From Selaginella moellendorffii (Eukaryota; Plantae; Lycopodiophyta): DNA of 46,073 bases. Under the pieces are notes generated by a model. The model was not told the origin of the DNA, did no database searches, and saw only the letters and a list, made by a program, of their open reading frames with translations. The stretch is from contig NW_003314344.1 of NCBI RefSeq assembly GCF_000143415.4, positions 1 through 46,073 on the forward strand, in the 5' to 3' direction. Numbering within the stretch: position 1 is the stretch's first letter; every line of letters starts with the position of its first letter. The position numbers and the translations under genes were made by a program. Of this stretch, positions 24,109 to 36,445 are shown piece after piece.

Positions 24109-24269
24109 TTTATGATGTTTTAAAAACTTTTAAATAATATATATTTAGTTTTCTATAAGTCTTCCTAGGTATGCATGGCACATCATATGCAATGTGTAAA
24201 TTGAGGAGTGGTATGAAAAATCTATTTATTAATGATACATTAAAAGACAATTGAATGCAATGAGAAAGA

Positions 24270-24400
24270 TGTGTCACATGTCAATGTGATAATGATTGTG
24301 ACACTGACAATGTCAGTGTAGCAGATAGCGACAGTGATAGTGTCAGTGACAGAGATAGTGTCAGTGTCAGAGATGACAAAGTTACAGTGTCAGTCTGTCA
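24270..24400. repeat. Cluster of short TGTCA/TGACA motifs
   Basis: GTGTCA, GTGACA and TGTCAG recur about ten times in ~130 bp between the convergent 3' ends. Confidence 0.7.
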
Positions 24401-24532
24401 AATTTCATAATTACTAGTATTATCAATTTATTATCTATAGGTAATACAATTTTGTTAATAAAAAAAAGGCGAGAGGGGGGGGGGGGGGGATGAATAATAT
24501 CATAGTGTAAGAATTATTAGTGGCTGGAATTT

Positions 24533-25081
24533 TCAGTAGGATGGCCTAAAAATACCATATTCAGCACTTGTGGGTGTAGGATTTACTAACGGAATATTGT
24601 TCCTCACCATGAAATGATAATGATTGTGTGTTCTTAACTCTTTCTTGATTTTCTTATACATCCATTTATGCACACCTTCCACACCAGTTCTTGGGCAGTT
24701 GTGACAGTGTTCTAGAAAAGTTTCTAGACCCATACAGCCTTCCGTTTTATCTAAATAAAAGTAGCAGATGGGACACTGGAGATAATATGTGTTCATTCTT
24801 TCAAAAGTTTCAACCATATCGGGAGCAAGATCTTGAAGAAACATCTGGCATCGCTCTTGAAGCACATGAGGCAATCCATCTTTAGTAGCAACATTTAGAA
24901 CATTATCTGGAAGAGGGATCTCTTGTTTAGTCACACTTGGGGCTACAAAAGAAAGGGCCTCACAACGATTGATGTATGGAGGGAAGGGTGGAATGTTGGT
25001 AGAAGTTGGAGACGGAGGTGGAGACTCATATGAAGTGCATGGGGGCCAAGTGCGAGTAGCAATAGCATTTTCCCTAGCCAT
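24533..25081 (-). CDS. Hypothetical Cys/His-rich protein, paralog 1 (182 aa), transposon cargo
   Basis: Intact ATG-to-stop ORF. Shares SYESPPPSP, LQERCQxFLQDLAPDM, YYLQCPIC, GCMGL, EHCxxCPR and WMYKKIKKEL with paralog 2. Confidence 0.75.
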   Translation of the reverse strand: MARENAIATRTWPPCTSYESPPPSPTSTNIPPFPPYINRCEALSFVAPSVTKQEIPLPDNVLNVATKDGLPHVLQERCQMFLQDLAPDMVETFERMNTYYLQCPICYFYLDKTEGCMGLETFLEHCHNCPRTGVEGVHKWMYKKIKKELRTHNHYHFMVRNNIPLVNPTPTSAEYGIFRPSY

Positions 25082-25339
25082 TCCTACACTCTAAACAAAT
25101 TGAAATTTCAATGTTGAAAGCATCCTTTGTTGGTATTTATACTAAGAAAAGATCTAGGGGTTCTTGAAAGTTTAAATTGTCAGTCTCAAAAATGGGACTT
25201 CAGAATTATAACAGTGTCAGAACCACTTGTATATATAATAATATCTTTATACATGCTAGAATAATATCATTCTCGAAAATATAAGATTCTCCACTTTACT
25301 CATAAAGAATTAACCTTTTGAAAAAACTATGCATGACTT

Positions 25340-25906
25340 TCACATTACATTAAAGGGTGGCCTAAATATCCCATATTCAGCACTTACTGATGCAGTGTTC
25401 ACCAATGGAATATTGTTCTCCACCATGAAATCATAATAGCTGTGTGTTTTTAATTCTTTCTTGATTTTCTTATACATCCACACGTGCACACCTTCCAAAC
25501 TTGCTCTTGGGCATTTGCGACAATGCTCAATAAAACTTACCAAACCCATGCAACCATCTGTCTTGTTTAAATAAAAGTTGCATATAGGACACTGAAGATA
25601 ATATGTATCTACATTAAACTCCCCTGCCATATCTGGAGCAAGATCTTGAAGAAAATATTGACATCGCTCTTGAAGCATTGGAGGCAATCCAACTTTTTTA
25701 ACAACATCATAAGGAAGGAGTTTTTGTTCAGTTGCACTCGAGGTCGCAAATGGAAGAGCCTCACAACAGCCCTCAAAATGAAAAGGAGGATTGTTGCGTA
25801 GAGGTGAAGGTGGATTATTGGTTGAGATTGGAGATGGAGGTGGAGACTCATATGAGAGGCCTTCGGGACCAAAAGTAAACTTCTTCCTAACCATTGCAAC
25901 ACACAA
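25340..25906 (-). CDS. Hypothetical Cys/His-rich protein, paralog 2 (~183-188 aa), transposon cargo
   Basis: Intact ORF clearly paralogous to 24533-25081; the first ATG is at MVRKK. Confidence 0.75.
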   Translation of the reverse strand: MCVAMVRKKFTFGPEGLSYESPPPSPISTNNPPSPLRNNPPFHFEGCCEALPFATSSATEQKLLPYDVVKKVGLPPMLQERCQYFLQDLAPDMAGEFNVDTYYLQCPICNFYLNKTDGCMGLVSFIEHCRKCPRASLEGVHVWMYKKIKKELKTHSYYDFMVENNIPLVNTASVSAEYGIFRPPFNVM

Positions 25907-26945
25907 GAAAAATTAAACTTCCTAGCAATAAGAATTCTCTCATTAATATACTATATTTCAATCTCGGGAATGATGTTTTATTATGACATGACACTATAGT
26001 GAATGATAATTGTCAGTCTTAGTAATTACAACCTACTATGAGAAACAAGTGGCTATAGGGTTTCAGAAGCTAAAAACTAGCATATAATTAATATGTAGCC
26101 TTATTTTATATAGTTGGCTTGCCATATATAATAATAGCGAATATACACAGGCACGTGAGTATGCCTTTTTGCAAGATTACCTTTCAATCCCAAAATCATA
26201 TATAGATTTAATTCTTTGATTTATCTACATCATATATCTTTGCAAAGACAAAACATATCAAAAGGAATAAGATATATATAAAAAACTTACATTTTTTTAT
26301 AATATTTTAGTGGATTACAAAAGCCATTGAAAGGTTTATAGAGTGGATTTATTAGTGCTTTCCGCTGTGCTGTCCATTTCTTCTTTTCTCTTGCTCTGGA
26401 TTGTTGTTTCGGAAGTAACAGGAGCATTTTTATCAATAGTGACAGTGGTCTCCACATTCCCGGATGGGTAATAAGGACCAGGCGTGTAATATGGAGATTA
26501 TGGTAGTGAAACAAAATTCACATTCTCACATTTCTGTATGCTAGAACTACTTACAGATTTTTTGTCTTCCTTGCTTCCCATCTCTGTAAACCCTAAAGAA
26601 TGAACGAGTGAATCAGTGTTTCGAATTATTTATATATTTCTGGTCAATTGTTGAAATGTTAAAATGTTGAAATGTACAATAGAAATTTTCCGGTTCATTC
26701 AAACTTCAATATTCCCATTTTATTTGGGACCAATAAAGCCCAAAAATTTCTATGGGTTCAAATGAACTTCTAATTCTAGAAATTGTATAAACTGCATTAG
26801 AAAGATTCAAAAAATAAAAATCTCTCTGAACTATTGATACTTAAACTCATAAATTTCAAGTTCACCAAAGAATAACATTTTTCTGACTTAATATTTCCTT
26901 ATAAAACTTATGGTTGACTATGTTGACTAGCATTGACTTGAGCTG

Positions 26946-26991
26946 AATTGAGCTCAACTCGTGAGCTCAACTCAACTTTGGACCATCCCCC
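26946..26991 (-). repeat. Right TIR of copy B
   Basis: AATTGAGCTCAACTCGTGAGCTCAACTCAACTTTGGACCATCCCCC; its 28-bp core is a perfect inverse of 14798-14825. Confidence 0.85.
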
Positions 26992-27148
26992 CACAATGGA
27001 TACCTTCGTCTAGGATGCTACACAAGAGGAAGGACATATATATGGATGGCCAATACATATGATTTCAAATTTTGGGGTAAGAATATACCTTACTCAAGGG
27101 TATATTATATTTTAGGTAGCTACCAATCAATGGGAATTGAATTCGTGC

Positions 27149-27311
27149 TGTGAGGGTTACAATGCCGTATACTAATATTAACGTAATGGGTTTTTGGTAG
27201 ATGTCAGATTGGTTTCAATTCAGACCATTCGCTCCTGTATATAAGCTAAGGTTTTTGGGTTAATGGATGTGCATATTTTTGTATTCCCTTTCCATATTCC
27301 ATACACTCACA
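27149..27311 (+). repeat. Short 5' LTR (TGTGAG...CTCACA) followed by a PBS-like TGGTGGAG
   Basis: 6-bp terminal inverted repeat, TATATAA at ~27238, and TGGTGGAGGTG at 27313 (tRNA-Ala-like by inference). Confidence 0.65.
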
Positions 27312-27539
27312 TTGGTGGAGGTGAGGGGCACCTTTGATTGTCCCTAGGGAGTGCTTGGATTTGGGATTTTGGTTTGGATCTAGCTTTTTACATCGTTTAG
27401 ATCTAGCTTTTTCCATTTTTTTTCTTTTGTTCTTTCCTTTTAGGATTTCGGTTTAGATCTAGCTTTTTGTATTGTCTAGATCTACCATTTCCTTCCAGTT
27501 TTTTGTCATTTATCTTCTTTTGCTCTTTCTTCGTTTGTC

Positions 27540-28888
27540 TTCATGGTAGATCAACAATCTCCTCCTTTGACTCTGGAGCAGCAGTTGGTACAATTGCTTG
27601 ATGCTATGTGCTTGTAATTGAACAACCAAACTCAATTGATGGCGGTGTTCACGGCATGTGGTACAACTCCTCTTACTCTTGGTGCCAATCCTCACGTTCG
27701 GCCGGAGTTCTTTTGCGGGAATCCTGGGGATGATGTGTACCATTACTTCGATCACTTCACGGTGATTGCCACATATCATTCTTGGGATGATGCTCAATGT
27801 TTGCGTGAGTTTCCCACATGTCTTCAAGGGATGGCGTTGCAGTGGTACAATGGTTTGAGCGCAGCCACTCGTAGGGATTGGAGTGTTCTCCTAGACATCT
27901 TCAAACGTGCCTTCGGACATGCCGACGACTGTGACAATGCCTTCCAACAATTGCATTGTCTTTGCCAAGGGCCATCTGAGTCGGTGATGCAATTTGGTGT
28001 TCGTTTCCGAAGTCTTTTGCTTCGTGCAGAGCCAAATATGTCGGAGCGGATCAAGCTAGGAATGTTGTGGCCAGCACTTCGTCAAGATCTTGTTGGACTT
28101 GTGCATGCACTTGCTTCCGCCACCCTTAACGATGCTCTTCACTTGGCACAACGTTATGAGACGTCGCCTCTTCCACTTCTCACTACACGTCCTTCAGCTC
28201 CACTTCCTGTGGGTGATGGTTCTGTTCCAATGGAGGTTGATGCTGCTGCTGCTCGAGTCCAAGGCCAAGGGTGAGGACGTGGTTGTGGTCGTGATGTTCA
28301 CTGCTAGGCATGTGATGAAGTTGGTCATACTTATCGGCGTTGTCAGCATTTTCCGGATTGGCGACCTCCATTTTCTGGGTGGAGACCTTGGCGTCAACAA
28401 TGTCCCATTGGTTCTGTTGTAGTGGAAGGTTTGGACACTGAGATGCATCTGGGAAATGAGGAGTTGCGCGAGTAATGGAGGGACCTTGCTCGAATAAGTC
28501 AGTGACCCCTCTATCTTTCTTTCGGGAGGGTTCACTCGGCACCAGTTCATCCAGTGTTTACTTTCCAAGCTCGTCTTTATAACAAGAGGTCTCCTATTAT
28601 TCTCTCTGTGTTGGTTGATACAGGTTCGAGTTTATCTTCTATTGCTCGACCTGTTGCCACACGTTGTCGTCTACACTTGCATCGTGCGGCGGAACTAATT
28701 TTCATTCTTTATGGCAACGGTCGTACACATGCATGTGCACGGAATGAGGCAGACCTGGTTGTGCATGTGGGTGATCTCGAGCTTTAGTTGCAATCATTGC
28801 GGGTGGTGCCGAGTCAAACTTTTGACCTTATTCTTGGTATGAATTGGTTGCAGTGCAATCATGCCAAGTGTGACTTTGAGGCTTCTTG
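27540..28888 (+). pseudogene. Ty3/gypsy gag, zinc knuckle and aspartic protease, interrupted by a nested LTR element
   Basis: Gag LQGMALQWY...QGPSESV...VPMEVD; protease VLVDTGSS. Confidence 0.85.
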
Positions 28889-30885
28889 TGTTAGAGCGTG
28901 GCCATTGAGAGAGTGAGAGAGTGAGAGAGGGAATATTCTGATCTCAGAATATTCCCAATCTTCCTTGTATAAAACCCTTGCCTCACAACGGCAAAAGGGG
29001 GGGCATTTTGGTAGAAAGCATGGAAGCATTTCTCATGTTTGAGCAAGTGTTGGGGGAGGCGCCCCTCCTTCCCCCAACAAATGGTGAACCCGGTGTGATG
29101 CGCAGCACTTTCTGAGGTGTCATTCTCTCTTTTTCTTTTGGGCAGCAGACTTTGTGAAGGAATTCCTTGTCCATCTTGCGGTGGTTTTGTTTGATCTTAG
29201 GCTTGTTGGATAGATCTGGATCTCCTCTTTCCAGTGAAGTATGGCGCTCATCAAGCTGTGCAGTATTTGAAGAGATACAACGTTTCTTGGCTCAGTCAGA
29301 GGAACAGTTTGGGGTTTTCACTTTCTCGCCTAGATCCTCGGCCCAATTTCTCAAGGTAGTGCATTTGAGCTTGTAGATCTGGCCTAGATTTACGAGTAGT
29401 GGTGATTCTTGGAGCTAGATTTGAGCAAATTGGCGGCATGCAAAAGGATTTTCTTCTCTGGTTAGATTGGGTCATCTTTGCTGCAGGAATTCGTGCTTCT
29501 CCAGGCTTTGTTTTGGCTGCCGTTTGTTTCTAAAGGTGCTCCTGGTCCTATGCTTTCTAAAAATACCAATGGCGCCTTAGTATCAATCTACATTAGTGAC
29601 AGGCACATGTTTTTCCATAATATTGGCGTTCTGGGATAATTCTTCATGGATTTTAGAGGATATTGAAGCGGCTTCTTCACAAATTCTTGTGATAAGAGGG
29701 TAGACGAGGGTGAGCACTTTCCAACGACCCCACCAACAGTCAAAATGGGGAAGGATCAAGACTAGAGGACTCATTTTTCTCTTTTGGGCTAAACTTCGTT
29801 AGAGGTTCCTTGGGAATGAAGCAATCTTCAGGAACAGGTAGGCGTAGAAATAGGAACAGGGGGAGCGAGAACAAGGGTTGGTGTAAGAACAGGGACAGTA
29901 GGAACAAGCATAAGGATAGGAGTTAGTGTTGGAGCAGGCGCAAGAGTAAGAGTGGGAGTAGGTGGTTACCGGTTACAGGTCCCCGGCTACTAGTTACCGG
30001 TTACCGACTACTCCAATGGCTACTCCAGCAGCTACTTCAATGGTTACCCTAGCGGCTACTCCAGTGGCTACTCCAGCAGCTACTTCAACGATTACCCTAG
30101 TGGCTACTCCAGTGGCTACTTCAGCAGTTACCCCAGCGGCTACTCCAACGACTACTTTAGTGGTTACCCTAGTGGCTATTCCAGCGGCTACATCAGCGGC
30201 TACGGGTCAATAGTTATGTGTACTTGAGGCCTACATCACCCTCCATTTTGACCTTTATTTCTCTTCGTCATAGGCATGTTGGGCAACTTTGAGCAACTTG
30301 AGCACTATCCTACAGTTTTCTTGCTCCTTTCAACCCAGTTGCCTTGACCGGGCATTTGCAGTGTTCAAGGTGTTTGATGCCAGTACAAACTAGACATGCG
30401 AAAAATTGGCACCCTTTTACCATACCTCAAGGCCCTAAGGTACGGAGTAAACTTTCTAATATTCAAAGGTAGCTTAGGTACGACACTGCACCTTCTCAGG
30501 CAGAGTCCTCTTCATCTTCGGCAGATTCCAGTGACTTAGATCTACGAGCTATGGCACAGCCACCTTTAGCTCAACCTCAACTCCATGTTCTGCAGAGGGG
30601 GAGTGATCTGCCGACCTTTTCAGGTGTTAGAACAATCTCTCCAACATCGCATATCAGTTGCTTTGATTACTACTGCACCACAAACATGATCGTCGATGAT
30701 GATCATATGTGCCGGGACTTCTTATATTCTCTCGAAGGCAAAGCAGCAACTTGGGTAGATTCTCTCCTTCCAGAGGACCAGACAGACTTCCAGACATTGC
30801 TTACTTCTTTCAGAGAGTGTTTCGTGGAAGACAAACCCACAAATCAGCTACTTGTCGACCTCTTTTCGTTCTAGCAGGGTGCTCA
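28889..30885 (+). mobile_element. Truncated LTR retroelement (LTR 28889-29079, tRNA-Trp-like PBS, 5' half of gag)
   Basis: LTR TGTTAG...CCAACA; PBS TGGTGAACCCG at 29082; gag ORF 30551-30874 closely similar to 33265-33600. Confidence 0.85.
29990..30205. repeat. 12-bp-period GCTACTCCAGT/CG minisatellite
   Basis: Repeated GGCTACTCCAGC/GGCTACTTCAA units in the leader region. Confidence 0.8.
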
Positions 30886-30899
30886 CATTAGCATTGTCA

Positions 30900-31344
30900 A
30901 GATGTATCTTATCAAGTGGGAGATTAGGTATGACTATCTTCCCGGAACTTGAACATTAAGAGATCTTTATCTCGGAAGCTGTTACTGAGATATGTTAGAC
31001 CCTATCGGGTGGTGAAGCGAGTTGATGATGTATCCTATAAGTTGGATCTTCTGGATGAGTTGTCCCATGTATATGAGGTGTTTCATGTCAGTTTACTAGC
31101 ACCATATCGTGTTGATGTGGATCCCTCTGTGGATATTCGTCCCCCTCCGGATGTTGTGAATGGTGATATGGAGTATGAGGTCAAGGCAATTCTCTTATCC
31201 CACAAAGCTCATGGTGGTCATTCCAAGGAATATTTAGTTAAGTGGAAAGGTTACCTGATTTGTGAATCAAGTTGGGAACCTCTTAAAAATCTTACACATG
31301 CTCATGAGCTTATCATGGAGTATGAGAATAGTAATAAAGAATAG
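30900..31344 (+). pseudogene. Chromovirus integrase C-terminus with chromodomain
   Basis: RPYRVVKRVDDVSYKLDL...VFHVSLL and EYEVKAIL...EYLVKWKGY...SSWEP. Confidence 0.9.
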
Positions 31345-32412
31345 TTTTGTACATCATGTAATAAATCTTGCAAATCAATAAAGTAATATATTTTCATAAA
31401 TCAAAGTTTCGTTTCTCTAGTTCGTTAGTACTTAGGTCAGTTTTGGCAGGCTGACTTCGGCACTTCAATGCATGGGTCCAATCCATAACCATGGGGATAA
31501 CTATTATAGACTGATCACAAGTCCCCACCTCTCTCTCAATGAGTCACTTTTGCAAAGGGGCATGGTCATATAAACAACTTAATCTACCAGTTTATAATAG
31601 TTGTCTAAATCTTCCTGACAGGGTTGATTTCTTGCTCAGGGGAAGTTGGGCCTCTGGCCCTCTTCCTATGTCCTTGCGGGCAGGGATGTATCATTCCTTT
31701 ATAAGCTGAGTGGTACTCAAAGCAGCAAGGGTGGCTAACTCTATTAGTCATTTCTTTGTCGGTGACGGCTGGAGGGTGTCTGAGTCTTAACGTCTTTGGA
31801 CGTAGAGGAGAGGTCTTTCTATAACTCATTTAAGTCGGTGTGTTTCCTACATAGTGTGCTTTCCATTAACTTTCAGAGTTGTTTCCTTGACGGTTTGCTA
31901 AACTCGGGTATGCATCGACGAGGACGTCGATCTTCCCCAAGGGGGGGAGAGTGTTGCGAATTTGACTTCAGGTATCTAAAGATATTTGTCGGCCAATCCT
32001 TACGGATACTCTCTCCTTTCTGCCATGATGACAGAAGGTCGGTACAGTTGGTTCCCTTTATCGTTCCCACTTGAGCTAATTGAGAAATTGGTCAATGACC
32101 ATGTACTTAAATTGGATAAACATAAGGTAGGAACCCTATGTGTTTCTTGCTGAGCATACTTGGCTTGGTTTGAGAAACTCGTATCATTGTCTTGCACTTA
32201 CTAGTATCAAGAACCCCCGTGATATTGAGACTAGTCCCTTAATATTTGCAAGATGATAACTTACCATGTTTGCCAAACACCCTCGCTATCATGCCCTTTG
32301 TATTAGTCTTATTTCGGTCCCGAATGCTATTTATAGAAAGTGTCTAGATTCGCTCATTTGGCATATCTACAGAATGTAGAGGTCAGCCTGAACACAATGG
32401 TGTTCGTCCCAT

Positions 32413-35400
32413 TGTTAGGGCATGGCCATTGAGAGAGTGAGAGAGCGAGAGAGGGAATTTTTTGATCCTCAAAATATTCCCCATCTTCCTTGCCTCACAA
32501 GGGGAGGGGGGGGGGGGGGGGGGGCATTTTGCAGAGAGCATTGAAGCATTTCTCGTGTTTGAGCGAGCATTGGGGGAGGCACCCCTCCTTCCCCCAACAA
32601 ATGGTGAACCGGCATGACACACAACACTTTCCAAGGCATCATTTCTCTCTTTTTTTTTTGGCTGTAGACATTAGGAAGGAATTCCTTGTTCATCTTACGG
32701 TGGTTTTGTTTGATCTTAGAATTGTTGGATAGATCTGGAGCTCCTCTTTCCAACAAGGTATGGCGCTCATCAAGCCGTGCAGTATTTGAAGAGATACAAT
32801 GTTTTTTGGCTCGGTTGAAGGAACATTTTGGGGTTTTCACTTTCTTGCTTGGATCCTTGACCTAATTTCTCAAAGTAGTGCATTTGGGCTTGTAGATCTA
32901 GCCTAGATCTACGAGTAGTGGTGATTTTTGGTGCTAGATTTGGGCAAATTAATAGCATGCAAAAGGATTTTCTTCTCGGGCTAGATTGGGTCATCTTTGC
33001 AGTAGGAATTCTTGAGCACTAACCTAGCGTCTTCTTGCTCTTGCCAACCCAATTTCCTTGACCGGGCACTTGCAGTGTTCAGGGTATTTGATGCTGGTAC
33101 AAACTAGACATACGACAAATTGGCACCCTTTTACCATACCTCAAGGCCCTAAGGTACGGAGTAAGCTTTCCAACATCCAAAGGCAGCTCAAGTACAACAC
33201 TACACCTTCTAGGGCGGAGTCCTCTTCATCCTCGGCAGATTCTAGTGACTTAGATCTACGAGCTATGGCGCAGCCACCTTTAGCTCGACCTCAGCTCCAT
33301 GTTCTGCAGAGGGGGAGTGATTTGCTGACCTTTTCAGGTGTTGGAACAATCTCTCCAACATTGCATATCAGTCGCTTTGATTACTACTGCACCACAAACA
33401 TGATCGTCAACGATGATCATATGTGTCACGACTTCTTGCAGTCTCTCGAAGGCAAAGCAACAACTTGGGCAGATTCTCTCCTTCCAGAGGACCGAACAAA
33501 CTTCCAGACACTGCTTGCTTCTTTCAGAAAACGTTTCGTTGAAGAAAAACCCACAAATCGGCTACTTGTCGACCTCTTTTCGTTCCGGCAGGGTGCTCAT
33601 GAGTCTATTCCTGACTACATCACCCGGTTTTGAGCATACTGGAAGCAGTATTGCCAAGATGAGCAATAGGGGATCACGGCATTCACAGCGGGTCTATGTG
33701 GGAACTTGTAGTGGAAACTTCTTAAAAAGACATTCAGCTCTTGTCACGAGGCATTTTCGTTTGCCTCGAAGCTGGAAAGAGAACTTCTTGTCAACTTGGG
33801 GATTGCTAGAGTTGATTTCGACCAAGCCATCACCCTGTTAGAGTCATCTTGTGCAGCTATTCTCCCATCCACAACAAAGCCCGTCGCTATTGAGCATACA
33901 CCTCCGGGTATTGAGAACTTTGCCAACGAGATGTAGCAGCTGAAGGAGATCATTCTTCAGCAACAATCACACCAGGACAAACTACTCTAGGAGCTGGTGG
34001 AGTCTAGGAAAGAGGCCACTATAGCTCGGGAATGCATATTTAAGTTCTGTTGGTGCACTCATTGCGAGACAAACACACACAACATGCAGCGTTGCTTCAA
34101 TCTTCACCCAGAGCTTCGACCACCACCTTCTCAACATGTCCAACAACGTCCCTTTGTCGATAATCCCACATCGTCTCGGGGTCCGGAGACATATCAGGAG
34201 CAGTTGGAGTGACAAGCAATTGAGGCAGCCCCTTCGTCAAGCAAAGGCAAGGCACCTGCTTCATCGGTCAACATGGTTTTGGTAGCTAAGGAACTCTATA
34301 GGCAACAGCAGCAAACCATAGCCACTCGAGCCCAAGTGAAGAAGAAGGCAGCCACTCAGCCTGGCATCGATCTCTCGGCGTCGGTTGAAAGTGAATCTCT
34401 GTCGGCACCAAATTCAGTGACACAAAAGGGTGGCTTGTAAACTCCCCTTCAAGTCACTACTCTCTTCTCCTCCTGAGATCTCACCAACAGCTACTCCTGT
34501 TCTAGAGCCAATTCTTCAATAGCTAGTTGACACTCCCGTCACCTTTTCGCTCCGAGATATGTTGTGTCTAGTCTTGGGATTCGGCCTAGCAATGAGGATA
34601 AGCTTCATGCACGTGACTTGGAGGTTCTTGCCTTAGAAGAACAGCGATGATCCATGACTAAACATCTCCTTCAAGGTAAGCAAAAGATCAAGTCAGTCAT
34701 TGATCACCAGTGGTCTGCCAAACCATTCGAGGATGGCGACCTCGTTCTACTCAAGGAGTTTACATGACCTTCGAAGTTCTCCCCTCGCTTGACCGGCCCC
34801 TACTTTGTCCAGCAACACATCGGAGGTGGAGCATATGTGCTAGTTGATGCTGATGGATGTGAGCTCCCACACGCTCATAACCACTCTCATCTCAAACACT
34901 TCATCCGGTGAGGTGTTCCTCTTCTCTTCTTTTTCTTTTTCTTTTTCTTCCTTTCTTTCACTTTACTTTCATGGCTACTTTCCTTACTTTCAGGGGGTGT
35001 TTCTCCATTGGACCATGGCCCATGCTTTGGATTTCATGCTCAGGCTGCATTGCCGTTTGTATGTTCCTCGCTTGGCCCGGTCTATGTTCCAGGTTCTTTG
35101 GCCCTTACCTTACCATTACTACACCCCATACATTCCCCTCACTCACACTATCTCATCTACACTCATAGTTCCATCACCCAACACTTCCAGCAGCGTTGCC
35201 CACACTTATCTCTAGATGCCCATTTTGCATCTTTCATTCTTTCACCATCATTCACATCTCCATTTGAGGTCACATTTACACCATACCACGGACACACATA
35301 TGTGCACCAGCAGCAAAAAACATCACCCCATTTGGATGTGCCGTTTCTGAGATATTTTTACGACCATTTGCTGACAACACACTAGCTTTTCTGGAGTGAC

Positions 35401-36445
35401 TTTCTTCCAACCAGGTGAGCCTGTTCACTCAAGACACCTAGGTGGATCTTTAGGCGAGGCCATAGAAGCCAAAGCCACTTTCTTCTGCTCCAACACTCAG
35501 TGGACACATGCCACCTCCCTTTACTGGCAACCCAGCGACTATGCCGTTCATTTCAACTGCTGACTAGTCTAACACATCAGACTGACCACCTTTTTGGAGT
35601 GCCACCGCCATCTCAGCACTCCACCATATCAGTGCCGGAGCAGGTGCAGAAGTAGGAGCGAAAGCAGGTGGTTACCGGTTACCAGCTACTCTGAGAGGTT
35701 AGCGCTTATTCTACGGGCCAACGGTTATCAATGGCCACCTTTTTAGAGTGCCACTACTATCTCGGTGCTCCACCATATCACTCCATCTTTCATCATTTCC
35801 ACACTTACCACTTGGGTAACACATCCCCTCTTCTACCTCTCTTTCTTTCTAAAATTCGGCCAATCCTTGGAGCATACCGGAAGTCATCAAGAGGTTGCAT
35901 TTGCATATTACACTTTCCTGAGCTGAAATCCAGATACGGGTTAAGTTCTTTGGGTACTCATGTTTTTTTTCCCCTATTTTTCTCTCCTCTTTTCACACTT
36001 TTTCTGCACTATTTCTTCAGCTTCAAAGTCCAGTTTGACTATAGGGTCCAGTTTGACTACAAGGTTTCCCACCGGGTTTTCCTCCCTGTCTCCAAACTTC
36101 ATACCTACCTCTTTTCTTTCTTTTCCACTTTTTTTTCTACAGTTTCTACTATTTCACGCAGCCACTAGCACTTGGCATCAGTAATAGAGGTACACTCTAC
36201 ACTCTTCGGAGGGTTCTCGCACGTCTGGAGCCAATGCGATCCACCGTGGTCGCATGTTAGAGCGTGGCCATTGAGAGAGTGAGAGAGCGAGAAAGGGAAT
36301 ATTTTGATCCTTAGAATATTCCCCATCTTCCTTGTATAAAACCCTTGCCTCACAAGGGCAAGGGGGGGGGCATTTTGCAGAGAGCATTGAAGCATTCCTC
36401 ATGTTTGAATGAGCATTGGGGGAGGTGCCCCTCCTTCCCCCAACA
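32413..36445 (+). mobile_element. Non-autonomous LTR retroelement (LTRs 32413-32599 and 36255-36445; gag and integrase tail only)
   Basis: Two similar ~190-bp LTRs; PBS TGGTGAACC at 32602; gag with a CTHC...H...C knuckle; GPY integrase tail at ~34720-34905; no RT seen. Possible TSD CCAT/CCGT. Confidence 0.85.

Larger units (their letters stand above)
14767..26991. mobile_element. Full-length MULE-like transposon copy B (~12.2 kb) with transposase, ParB-MTase fusion gene and two paralogous small ORFs
   Basis: Flanked by the direct repeat CACAATGGA (14758-14766 and 26992-27000). Termini share the inverted core GAGTTGAGCTCACGAGTTGAGCTCAATT / AATTGAGCTCAACTCGTGAGCTCAACTC. Confidence 0.88.

Noticed and set aside
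29962-30213. Thr/Ala/Pro-rich arabinogalactan-like ORF
   Set aside because: Translation of a minisatellite in a retroelement leader.
31430-32412. Minus-strand retroelement gag/protease remnant hosting the 32413 insertion
   Set aside because: Only weak hints and no diagnostic motif, so it was not annotated.
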